A DNA stretch of 63,999 bases, counting the filler, from Kipferlia bialata (lineage: Eukaryota), in NCBI GenBank assembly GCA_003568945.1. It is 5 parts of 5 records of this genome, joined end to end, with 100 filler letters (N's around TTAATTAATTAA, not from the genome) between each part and the next. Parts side by side here need not be neighbours in the genome. Positions count along the whole stretch, not along the records: positions 16,125 to 32,140 come from BDIP01000643.1; positions 32,241 to 48,210 come from BDIP01000644.1; 3 more parts are not named here. The stretch is one strand, 5' to 3'. The notes below the pieces were generated by a model. That model saw only the letters and a program-made list of their open reading frames with translations, did not search any database and was not told the origin of the DNA. This document shows positions 26,893-38,354 of this stretch, piece by piece (position 1 is the first letter of the stretch; each line of letters starts with the position of its first letter). Position numbers and translations under genes: made by a program.

Positions 26893-29648
26893 ACCCCAGC
26901 CGAGTCCAGGTCTAAGGTGTCCCAGTTGCAGGCATCCATCACACTGTCCAAGGAGGCAGCGGACCAGGCTCTTGCTGAGGCAGAGGCTATGGTAGAGAGA
27001 GAGAGGTCTCAGGCACAGGCTATGGTGGAGTCTGCCACCAAGTCTCACACCTCCACTACCGCTCTCTTGGAGGAGAGATACCAGAGAGAGCTAGAGGTTG
27101 CCATCGAGGCTCGTGATGAGAAGATTGCCGTGCAGATGCAGCTAGAGGCCCAGGTGGCAGCACTCGAGGAGGTATGTATACTGGTATATATATATATATA
27201 TATACATACTCTTATACATATTATACCCTTATACATATATACATATACATATATCAGTGGTGGAGGCACAGGCGGTAGCACTGGTGGAGGTACGTGTAAG
27301 TCTCTCTCTCTCTCTCTCTCTCTCTATTTAGAGATATATATTTGTATATCTATCTAATCATAGGCCAATGCCACCCTGCGCACCAGTCTCTCTGAGGTCC
27401 GGGAGGAGATGGAGAGAGAGAGGGATGAGAGAGAGACAGAGAGAGCGGAGAGAGAGAGAGAGGGGTCTGTCCTGCACCGGGTGCTGCAGCTGCAGGAAGA
27501 GACTGCCAGTGAGATGAGCACTCTCCAGACACACCTTTCAGACGCCAATGAGGAGAGAGACAATGCTCTAGCCTCAGCCTTTGTGCTGCAGGACCGTCTG
27601 GACAGTGCTGCCGCAGATGTTGTCAGGGTGAGAGATACCTTGGAGAGTGAGGCTGCAGAGAGAGAGAGGGAGTGGATATTGGAGAGAGATGAGCTTGAGC
27701 TCAGGCTGGTGCAACAGACCTCTCTAGTGTCTACCCTTCAGACTGAGAGGGAGAAGGAGGTGGCTATATCTGCTGAGAGAGTGCGTGAGGCACAGCGGTT
27801 AGAGACAGAGAGAGAGGCTCTGAGTGAGACTGTGGTAGCTGAGCTAGAGAAGGAGAGAGAGAAGACACAGGTCCTCAAGACTAAGCTGAGTGAGAGAGAC
27901 TCCCAGCTAGAGAGAGTCAGAGAGAGACTTGGTGAGAGGGCGACCGAAGCCGAGGAATCCAATAGCTTGGTAGAGCTCCTGCAGCGTGAGGTGGCCGCGC
28001 TGACAAGGGAGAGAGACAAGCTGAGATACGGTGCTGCAGTGACAGATGCTGCCGAGGTGGAGAGGGAGAGAGAGACAGTGACTGCTGAGGCAGCCCCTGC
28101 CACGCCTGACCCTTGGTGTGGGGTTGGTGTGACTCCAGAAGTACGAGGGAGGGACACTACTCTCAGCACGTCGCTAGGGTCTGCTTCTCCACTGGTACCC
28201 TCTCTGGAGGACCCTCAAGCCGGTGTGACAGGAGCAGAGGAGGTACTTGCCACTGAGAGTGACACAGGTGTAGATGGTGACTGCAGCCAGGAGGGTGAGG
28301 GAGAGGATGGCATTGAGAGTGCCGAGGTAGGCACTGTTCTGGAGCCACTGCACATTGAGAGAGAGAGAGAGGGAGAGGGTGAGGGTGAGGGTGACCAGAC
28401 TGACACTGATACCACCAGTGCCTCTACTGCAGAGACAGAGGACGCAGTTGAAAGTGAGAGAGCCTCTATGGTCACGGATGCAAGTGGGGGAGAGAGAGAG
28501 TGGGTTGACTGGGAGCCTCTGGACAGTCAGTTCTGGGACACCCCACGCAACCCCAAGCAGAACACATACCAGGGCGAGTACAACTTGTATGGACAGAGGA
28601 GTGGCAAGGGTAACATGGTGTACAAGAACGGGGACCGCTACTCTGGGAGCTGGCGGTTCAACAAGAGGTGTGATAAGTGCATTTCTACTTTACTCATCCA
28701 TCATCCATACGTACCTGTTGTATGTTTGAGATACTATTATCGCGTCTGGCGGAACAATACGAGGTATATGGAGTGAGTCTATGTATATATGTACTATCTA
28801 CAGTATCTCTCACTGTAGGCACGGGAAGGGCAGGATGGTGTATGCGTCCGGGGAGACCTACTCTGGTGACTGGAAGGGAAGCCGTCGGATAGGACATGGC
28901 ATCAATATATACCCTAAGGGTGCCATGTATGATGGCGACTTCTTTGGGGATGCCCCGGACGGCCATGGCACGATCCACTACCCCGACGGCTCCACATACA
29001 AGGGAGAGTGGACGAGAGGGGTTAGGAGTGGGCATGGTGTGTGGGCAGATTCACAGGGTAATGAGTACGACGGCGAATGGGTGGGTGGGATGAAGCATGG
29101 GCGTGGTCAGTACACCGATGCCAAGGGTGATATATATGTGGGGGATTGGGTGAAGGACCAGATGCATCGTAATCAGACATGTGCCAGGAAGAGACGGGGG
29201 GTCTGGGGGGAGGAGATAGAGGTGGTGGAGGAGCAGTCATGGGAGAATGGTGTCCTGAGGTTCTCTCGTACAGTCGGGAACAAGATACTCCAGCGTACTG
29301 GTAGTGAGTCTGAGAGTGGCGGGGAACCTCCTGGGCACAGAGGGAAGCCCAGGTACGGATACACATATATTTATATATACATACAGTGAATATATGTTTA
29401 TTCATTGTGCCTTTCATTCCTATAGACATCACGCTGCCTCTTGACTTAACCGAAGGTTACTAGACGGCTTAGTTGCTGCAGGGGAGGAGAGGCATGAGAG
29501 AGACCATGCTGAGACAGAGAGGGTGAGGGAGAGAGAGAGGAGGACGCAACTGCCGAAGGGTCCAAGACCCAAGGCTGTAGAGAAGGGAGTGATGTCCTAT
29601 ACTGAGAAGGTCCGAGGAGGTGGTGCTCGGAAGAGGCCGCAGAAGTAG
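16290..29648 (+). CDS. Divergent kinesin: N-terminal motor, long coiled coil, acidic linker, C-terminal MORN repeats (5'-truncated at scaffold edge)
   Basis: Spliced motor motifs occur in order: P-loop IQANGVTGS|GKTFT (16817-16858, 17552-), switch I NPTSSRSHA (19351-19433), switch II LVDMA|GSE (19811-19865, 20928-), then GKAINSD and NTLEFISRSRGI. E/R/A/Q-rich coiled-coil exons span 23.7-28.0 kb. MORN repeats (YQGEY...GKGNMVYKNGDRYSGSW, GETYSGDW, GSTYKGEW...) lie at about 28560-29170. Probable last exon 29456-29648 ends ...RKRPQK*. Confidence 0.85.
19811..20770 (+). repeat. Stack of 7 or more downstream echoes of the kinesin switch-II exon end, each ending in its GT donor
   Basis: Live exon 19811-19865 ends ...gtggacatggcag|gt. 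Copies end at about 20060, 20177, 20294, 20422, 20545, 20641 and 20768, separated by (TA)-rich spacers. Confidence 0.9.
25152..25300 (+). repeat. Coding tandem repeat (~33 nt; EAERERETA(L/V)R units) in the kinesin coiled coil
   Basis: LREAERERERERETALREAERERETAVRETERERETALREAERERETAV seen in ORF 25070-25423. Confidence 0.8.
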
Positions 29649-31011
29649 CCCTGAGAGAGAAGAGAGAGAAGAGAGAGAGAGAGACGTGGGCATAGGGAGA
29701 GGTAGTTGGAGGCCAGTCCCCTCTTTGTAATATATCATCAGCGATAATGGCTATGAACTTCGTACTTTGAAGGGCTTAACCTTATGGAGTCGTCATCCTG
29801 TATGGTTTGACTATGCATATACGGTGTACAAAATTCCCTTCTCGATGGTATTTGTCATGAATGCTGATACTAAGCCCTCTAATTGAAGTGCACACTCCCC
29901 CTGTAGAGTATTTCCTACTTTGAGCCTCCACCATTAATTGATATGCTTGTAGTGCAAGCCTTGTACAACTCTTAGACTGAGAGTCTATGGTAGTCTAGTG
30001 GATCATATTGGGACAAGAGAGAAATCTGGAGGGTGGCCACCGGCCAGATGAGAAGCCTACTTATAGACCAACCAGTCTAAGACCCTGAGGATTAATAGTA
30101 CTATTTCAAAACCATTACTGTTGGTGAATCACTGACAGTCAGTGACAATGGTTGGTTGTATCAATGTAGTATGTTGTTACTAGACCTAGTATTTCCGACC
30201 CGCTCGAAACATGCTATTCAACCAGAAAATCAAGTCTTGAACGATTCAAGTGTCCTTGCCACGCATATAACAATAAATAGTAAATAAAGAATAATAAAAA
30301 AAGAAAAAAAAATATTTTATAATGAATACACATGGGTCACATATGTATTATACATTATGTATGATTCTCAGAACGTGCCTACATTCTATTGGTAAGTTGT
30401 CACGACTTAGTTGTTGCAGTTCGTGGACCCAAAGTTTTGCATCGCATACGACGTTGACTCAACGTCGTTGAGTAGTTATGTGCGTTTCTGATTTCTACAT
30501 GAATTGGTGGAGACAGCACTTGTAAAACAACCTACAGACAGTGTCCATCGGTGTCGATGATGGTGGGAGTTGCCTACTTTATAGGTCCCACTGTGGGAAC
30601 GTCAGGCCCTGACGAGGGGTAAAATTATTTTTATTTATTCCGAGTCGGAATGGATAAGCGTTCCAGAATTACCGACTCTCTTTGTATACAACATATTGAG
30701 TATATGTATCCCGGAGTGTCCTTCCTCTATGAATGAAAGTGGGTTGCAGGGTCTGTTTGTCTGACAGACTAGAGTGTATTCAATATATACAGTATGAGTA
30801 GATATTCAGTAGTATTCTTGATTCCGTCGGTGACCAGAGTTTGGCTGAGATTGAAGTGTCACTTGGTGTTATTGGTGACGGGTAGGTATCACATCTGTTT
30901 TGGATACAGACTGTCCAGCTTCCGTATCGTAACAGCGCCTGAGAATATCAAGTTGAGGTATACAACGTGTCATCTATTCTTCCATCTCTCTCTCTTCCTC
31001 TACCCTATGTC

Positions 31012-31599
31012 TTACACAAATGCCTTGAAGCCAGAACGGCCAGAGACCCTGGGGGTAAGACGTATATTAATATATATATATATATATATATACTCTAGTA
31101 TTACTACACCTGTTCTTCCTGAGCCTATCCTTCTGAGCATATATGTGTATGTGTATATATTAACATGCCTGTTCTTTCTGAGCACCAGGAACCATGTGAC
31201 ACATATGTACACACGCCATTATATACATATATACATATATCCATCAGTATATGACAATAGTAATGCATACATATACATACCTGTTCTTCCTGAGCACCAG
31301 GAACCATGTGACACCCCCCACCAGAGCAATGACTAGCAGGACAAGGAGGACCCACACCCACCTGGAGTGAGGTATATATAGATAGAGAGAGAGAGAGAGA
31401 GAATGGCAAGGAGGACAAGGAGGACCCAGACCCACCTGGGTATGAGTGGTGTCTTATATATACAGGCTGAGCACCATAAATACATATATACATTCAATCT
31501 ATACTCACCAAGATGTGTGCCCATCTGAGCCCAGCACCACAAAGGATGCATAGGAGCCAGCAGAGATGGTGGTGATCTCAGTGCCTGATATAAGGGTCT

Positions 31600-31640
<41 letters not shown>

Positions 31641-31957
31641 CATAGGAGCCAGCAGAGATGGTAGTGAAAATAGCTGGGTACTGTATATATACAAAATGGA
31701 GATACTTCCTACCCGCTTCGTATCCCATGTCCACCAGGGCAGTAGTCTCTCTCTCTCTCTCTATCTAGTATATAATGTATACATACTATATACCTGCTTC
31801 GTATCCCATGTCCACGAGGGTAGAAGTGTATAACAATATATATATGTGCGTGAACTATATTAACCACTATACACTATATATACATATATATACCCACCCG
31901 CTTCGTATCCCATGTCCACCAGGGTTGGGGTGGAGACAGTGGCAGTGGCATCATAGT
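31012..31957 (-). CDS. C-terminal part of a single-pass membrane protein with an RCC1-like repeat (5'-truncated)
   Basis: Four minus-strand exons: YDATATVSTPTLVDMGYEA|GTEITTISAGSYASFVVLGSDGHTSW|WVWVLLVLLVIALVGGVTWFLVLRKNR|VSGRSGFKAFV*. Clear TM helix with a basic stop-transfer. PTLV...I..ISAG..S.V..SDG resembles an RCC1 repeat. Confidence 0.65.
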
Positions 31958-32140
31958 CTGGGGGGTCAGATCTATATATATATATATATATAGATGTGCA
32001 CTCATATATTGACGCATGTATTCACATGTATAGGTACATCTATATGGGGGTGGAGACAGTGGCAGTGGCATCATAGTCTGGGAAAGTGAGACAGAGAGGG
32101 GGGGGGGGAGAGAGAGAGAGAAAGAGCGAGAGAAAGAGAT

Positions 32141-32240
32141 NNNNNNNNNNNNNNNNNNNNNNNNNNNNNNNNNNNNNNNNNNNNTTAATTAATTAANNNN
32201 NNNNNNNNNNNNNNNNNNNNNNNNNNNNNNNNNNNNNNNN
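32141..32240. other. Artificial scaffold linker
   Basis: N44-TTAATTAATTAA(32185-32196)-N44. Confidence 0.97.
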
Positions 32241-32280
<40 letters not shown>

Positions 32281-32284
<4 letters not shown>

Positions 32285-32396
32285 TACACCCTTATGTCAG
32301 CTGCTGCCCATGACATTGAGCACTGTATCTCTCTCTCCCCCCCTCTACACCCTTATATCAGCTGCTCCCCATGACATTGAGCACTCTCTCTCTCTC

Positions 32397-32438
<42 letters not shown>

Positions 32439-32690
32439 TGCACCCTTATATCAGCTGCTGCCCATGACATTGAGCACTGTATCTCTCTCTCCCCCCCTCT
32501 ACCCCCTTATATCAGCTCCTGCCCATGACATTGAACCCTCTCTCCCTCTCCCTCTCTCCGTCTCTCTCTCTCTCTCTCTCTCTCCCTCTGCACCCTTATT
32601 TCAGCTGCTGCCCATGACATTGAGCACACACTCTCTCTCTCCCTCCCTCTACACCCTTATTTCAGCTGCTGCCCATGACATTGAGCACTG
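32281..32690 (+). repeat. Stack of upstream acceptor echoes before the PDE HD exon
   Basis: cacccttat(a/t/g)tcag|ctgctgcccatgacattga occurs six times; five stop after about 20-27 nt in (TC)n, and only the last (32666) continues as the exon. Confidence 0.9.
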
Positions 32691-32899
32691 CGGAGTGAGT
32701 CCAGACCTGCTCGTCAACATGAGGTGGTGCATGGATATATACACACATATATATATATTTATATATATATACAGGAATCAAGAGATAGTGTTCAATAGTT
32801 TCATACACACATGTACCAGTTTCCGCTTATTCTAACCGTTAACACACACGAACACACTCTCTCTACTGTTTTAACTCTTAAACACCCTCTGTATCATGA

Positions 32900-32944
<45 letters not shown>

Positions 32945-33939
32945 CGCCCTTACTAGTAACACCCAGACACCCTCTGTACCATGTATTTGGCCAGGACAGT
33001 ACCCTTGAACTGTACCACTCCATGCTGGGGGCATACGTCATAAGGTATACTATATATATATATATATATATATTAATATGTACTGTCTCTATACTGGTAT
33101 GAGCTATACCACTCCATGCTGGGGGCATACGTCATAAGGTATATGTTATATATATGTGTATATATATACTATCTGTATACTGGTCTGTATATTGGCATGT
33201 GTATCTACCCTTGAACTGTACCACTCGATGCTGGGGGCATACGTCATAAGGTATATATGCTATATATGTGTATATATAAACATATGTACTGTCTCTATAC
33301 TGGTGTGTGTATCTACCCTAGAGAGCTCTACCACTCCATGCTGGGCACATATGTCATAAGGTGTGTACTGTTGCACTCACAAAGAATGCATGTACACTCC
33401 TATACTGGTTATACACACTATTGGGTGTATATGTGTACTCAACCCAGATACTATGGCGTCCTTGACAAGATTGATGCCTCTGCAACATGTGTATATATGT
33501 CATATATACATATATAGACTACTATAGACTATATTACCTGTGTATACATGTTCCTATGTATATAATCACTCACATCAGATACTACGGCGTCCTAGACAAG
33601 ATTGATGCCTCTGCACCATGTGTATATCTATCTATATATCTATACTACTTCATTTACCTATGCATACATGTTTCTATGTACATACACTCACATCAGATAC
33701 TACGGCGTCCTTGACAAGATTGATGCCTCTGCCTCCTACAGTAATATGTTCCAGAGACTGATACTGGCAACGGATCCAAAGGTATCGATGTATTAATATA
33801 TGATTGTATAATGTATAGTGTATTCGCTTCGCCGTTACGTATATTTGTCAAGTGCAACATGTTCCAGAGATTGATCCTGGCTACGTATCCCAAGGTTTGT
33901 AGCACTATACATATGATAATACCCATGTGTATGTATGTG

Positions 33940-33972
<33 letters not shown>

Positions 33973-35372
33973 GTTACCGAGATTGATACTGGCTACGGAT
34001 CCAAAGGTGTGAAGTGATATATATATATATATATAAGTATAATAGCACTACGCATAAATGTGTAGGTATACATATGCATGTATGTATATTGCAACATGTT
34101 CCAGAGACTCATATTGGCAACGGATCCAAAGGTAACACTCTACATATATGTGTATATATACGCCTTCACATACTATATGTATGTATATAATTAATTGGAC
34201 CTCTATGTATATAGAGTGACATGTTCCAGAGACTCATACTGGCAACGGATCCCACGATATAGAATGTATATATATACAATTGAAAGACAATTTGTATGGT
34301 ATATGATATCTTCTTACCCCCAGAGTCTGTTTGACAGTGCCTCTTTGTTTAAGGGATATGTATTACTATACAGAGCTACGATGGCTTACTGTATGTGTGT
34401 ACCACTATATACCTATGAATACAAGTGTCTACCAACCTTCAGAGTCTGTTTGACAGTGCATTATATAAATGTGTGTATACCCATACATATGAATACATAT
34501 ATATGTATGTGTAAGTGTATATCTTCTAACCCCCCAGAGTCTGTTTGACAGTACATTGATATATATGTGTATATACCCATACATATACCCATATATATAT
34601 ATATATACATATATATGTATGTAAGTATCATCTAACATCTCCAGAGTCTGTTTGACAGTGCCTCATCCTTCAAGGACTATGTATTACTGTACAGAGCTAC
34701 AAGTATACCACCATACAACTATGAATACATGTGTCTACTAACCTCCAGAGTCTGTTTGACAGTGCCTCATCCTTCACGGACTGATGTTCATATGTATATA
34801 TATATATGTATGTGTCACTCTAGTGTATACTAACACCCCAGAGTCTGTTTGACAGTGCCTCATCCTTCAAGGACTATGTGGCAGAGAGGCAGAAGGGGGA
34901 GGGGGAGGGGGAGGGGGAGGGAGAGACGCCTGAGCTGACTGAGGAGGTGTGTATTCACTATAATGTATGCTGATGTTATGTCTACATCTCTCTCTCTCTC
35001 TATCCATCTATGTATATGTATGGGTATATGTATTAATTCATATCTCTAACCTCTAGGCCACTGACTCTGTGCTGTGTGGCATCATCAGACTGGCAGACAT
35101 CAGCAACGCATCGAGGTATAGTATGTATATCTATATATATATATAAGGGTGACTATACAATATGCATGGAACTGAATTATCGCATTGAGGTTGCAGTTTG
35201 TATTGTGTATTAAGTGCGGTATGTTTCCCTGCGTTTCTCTCTTCTCTTTCCCCAGACTGGCAGACATCAGTAACGCCTTAATGGGTGTTTCATTCTTTCT
35301 GTCTCTTTCTTTAGTATATACACATACCTTCAACGTGGCCAAGACCCACTCTCTCAATGTCATGAGGGAGTT

Positions 35373-35408
<36 letters not shown>

Positions 35409-36973
35409 CATATCTATATGTCTATAGGTATATACTTATATACTCATATTAGGCCCTTCCCAGTGGCCAAGACCCACTCCCTCAATGTCATGAGGGAGTT
35501 CTTCAGGACAGGGGACATGGAGGACGCATGTGGGTTACAGGTAGGGATATAGATGTGTAGACATATGTATATATATTTGTACTGTGATACAGTGACCTGT
35601 TTGTTCAGTATATGATACCTTTTGAGAGTGTCTCGGTTTCACAATGTGAAGTGTTTGTATGAGTATATTATTATATATGTCTGTTGCTGTATGTACCTCG
35701 CCAACACCCCAGATTGGTCTGTACAGGGATAGACAGGGGGGACCAGAGGCAGTCAGAAAGTGTCAGGTATATACTGTACATATATTAATGTTTTTGTCAG
35801 GTATATACTGTACATATAGTATGTAAACACAGTATATATAGTGTATATATATAGTATATATAGCCATTAATGTACCTCGGGGACCTGAGGCAGTCAGAAA
35901 GTGCCAAGTAACGTCTCAATAATATGGAATAGGCATATATTCACATTGTATTTTAGTATCATTCAGCCTCTCATCCCACCCTCATTCCAGACCTCCTTCA
36001 TTGACTTTGTGGTCAGGATGTACAAATATGTTCACTTCAATAATAATGTAAATAGGAGTTGACCATATCATTAGAGACACTTCATTCCCTTTGTACTAAC
36101 ACCAGACCTCCTTCATTGACTTTGTTAATACTTACGTTCAATCTCTCTCTCTCTCTCTTTGTGTTCCTAATATTGCCTCTGCCCCCTCATTTCAGACCTC
36201 CTTCATTGACTTTGTACATATAGTATATATATACAGTATATATAGTATATACATATATAGTATATATATATATTACTTCTTATGCCAGACCTCCTTCATT
36301 GACTTTGTCGTCAGGATGTACGCAGAGGCTTTCAGAGACTACACAAGGTGTGTGTACAATCAGCGTCGTCTCCTCATCCTGCCACGCTCTCTCTCTATTA
36401 TCTCCAGTGGAATCCTTCTGGTCTGTCTGTATATACATACATTGTCTCTAGTTATGGCTCACCTCTAGGGCCCTACAACTGCAGCTGGAAGTGGTTCCCA
36501 CTAGTCCACTGGATACAAGTGCCACTAGTCCAAGTGGTGGAACAGCGAGGTAAATGGGTTATTATGTCTAGGTCTCCATAACTTGTTCATGTGTTATTCA
36601 TTGACTCTCTGATGATCTTACGTATATATAAAGATATATATATATAGTATACTATTATTCTAACATCAGTCTCTGCCTCCCCGTCTGTGTAGACACCATG
36701 GCCCAGAGGATGTATATATATATATATATATATGTATATATTCACACCTATATATACTCTTCTTACCATAGTATGTGTCTCCCCACTTGTGTAGACACCA
36801 TGGCACAGAGGATGTATATACCCTTATATATATATATATGTATATATATACATATAGTATAATAATATTCTAACATCAGTCTCTGCCTCCCCGTCTGTGT
36901 AGACACCATGGCACAGAGGATGGACACAAACAAGGAGAGGTGGAGGGAGGTGAGACTCTTGGTTGTATATATG

Positions 36974-37010
<37 letters not shown>

Positions 37011-37050
37011 TACACGAACAGGAGAGGTGGAGGGAGGTGAGACTCTTGGT

Positions 37051-37091
<41 letters not shown>

Positions 37092-37227
37092 TACACGAAC
37101 CAGGGGAGGTGGAGAGAGGTGAGAATGTGTTCATGTACGGATGCTATAATGAGTAGGTATGTGTAACTCACCCCTTCAGGTCCCTGATACCGACCCTGAC
37201 TTGGTGGCGTGTCTCAACCACCACTAA
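32666..37227 (+). CDS. Class I 3',5'-cyclic nucleotide phosphodiesterase, C-terminal catalytic domain (5'-truncated)
   Basis: Spliced motifs in canonical order: AAAHDIEHCG (HDxxH), STLELYH, LILATD, RLADISNASRPF, MREFFRTGDME, KCQ|TSFIDFVV (invariant Gln), NKERW. Ends ...CLNHH* at TAA 37225-37227. Confidence 0.92.
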
Positions 37228-37801
37228 TCCAATGGATATGCACTAATCCAATGACCTCTCGTCAATATGAGCCGTCAGTCAGTTCCCCCCATTCCTCTCC
37301 CATGTCGTATATTGAGGAGGTCCCCACTTGTGTGTGTACACACATACATACAATGACCTGTCTCCCGTTGAGACGTCTCATTACGTGTACACGCCCTGTC
37401 ACAGCATGTCACAGACAGTTCTGTGATGTACTAGCGATCCTTTCTTTTCTTATGTTTGTGTTGTTTGTTTCTTGCTTTCTCGGCCTCTTTCTGTGGCTGA
37501 ATCAATGTGTCAATAGAGAATATGTTTGTTCCAGTTTCCATATATGATATTATCGACAAGATAGGTCGAAATCACTGTAGACTCGGAAACTGTTGATACA
37601 TCAATGTGTGACAAGACGTGTCACAATGTGTGAAACCAATATGAACAAGTGAAACACCCCTCACTTGTCATCGTGTTTGATGGCCTACAGTGTGTTGGTG
37701 TGTGGTGACAAATGAACCCCTCAACACGGAGTATGGGTTAGCATCACACCTCTCCTCTCTACCCCTAGAGTACAACAGCACTCACTACACACACACACAA
37801 T

Positions 37802-38322
37802 ATGGCCCCTACCAAGCCCAGTCTACTCGCCCAGAAGAAGGTACAGGCTCTCTCTCTCTCTCTCTCTCTCTCTCAGTATCTATGTTTGCGTGTATTCATA
37901 TGTATGACATGTTGCTAACATACACTTACACTGTCACCATAGCGCTCTCCATACCCTCCATGTTTATCTATACCATCATGTATCGCCTCCCCCCATTATA
38001 TATGGACTGGGGGCCTTGATTACTCAATCCTCGATGAGGTGTCTCGTGACGTCATTGACACTCTACAGTTATGAAGGCATCACATGTAATAGTGAGAGGG
38101 TGTTGTATGCGTGCCCTATATGCATCCTGTTCATACATCACATGCTCTGTGAGCCTTATATAGCTCTAATGTATACTCTTATGCCTGGTCACAAGTCCAC
38201 ACCGATATCTATTTTTAGATCATCGCTTGTCACCCAACACTTTTTACACTTTCACACTGCCTATTGACCACTCACTTCAGGCTTCTCCCTAACCCCTCAA
38301 GGTCTTGTTTATGAACCCCTGA

Positions 38323-38354
<32 letters not shown>

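Noticed and set aside
29426..29444. Apparent in-frame TGA (readthrough or selenocysteine) in the kinesin last exon
   Set aside because: A branch-point-fused acceptor (cttaaccgaag, ending 29455) downstream of the TGA gives a phase-compatible open exon, so no recoding is needed.
32281..32690. Regularly spaced direct repeats resembling a CRISPR array
   Set aside because: The repeats are copies of a splice acceptor plus exon start, the spacers are microsatellites, the context is eukaryotic and no cas genes are present.
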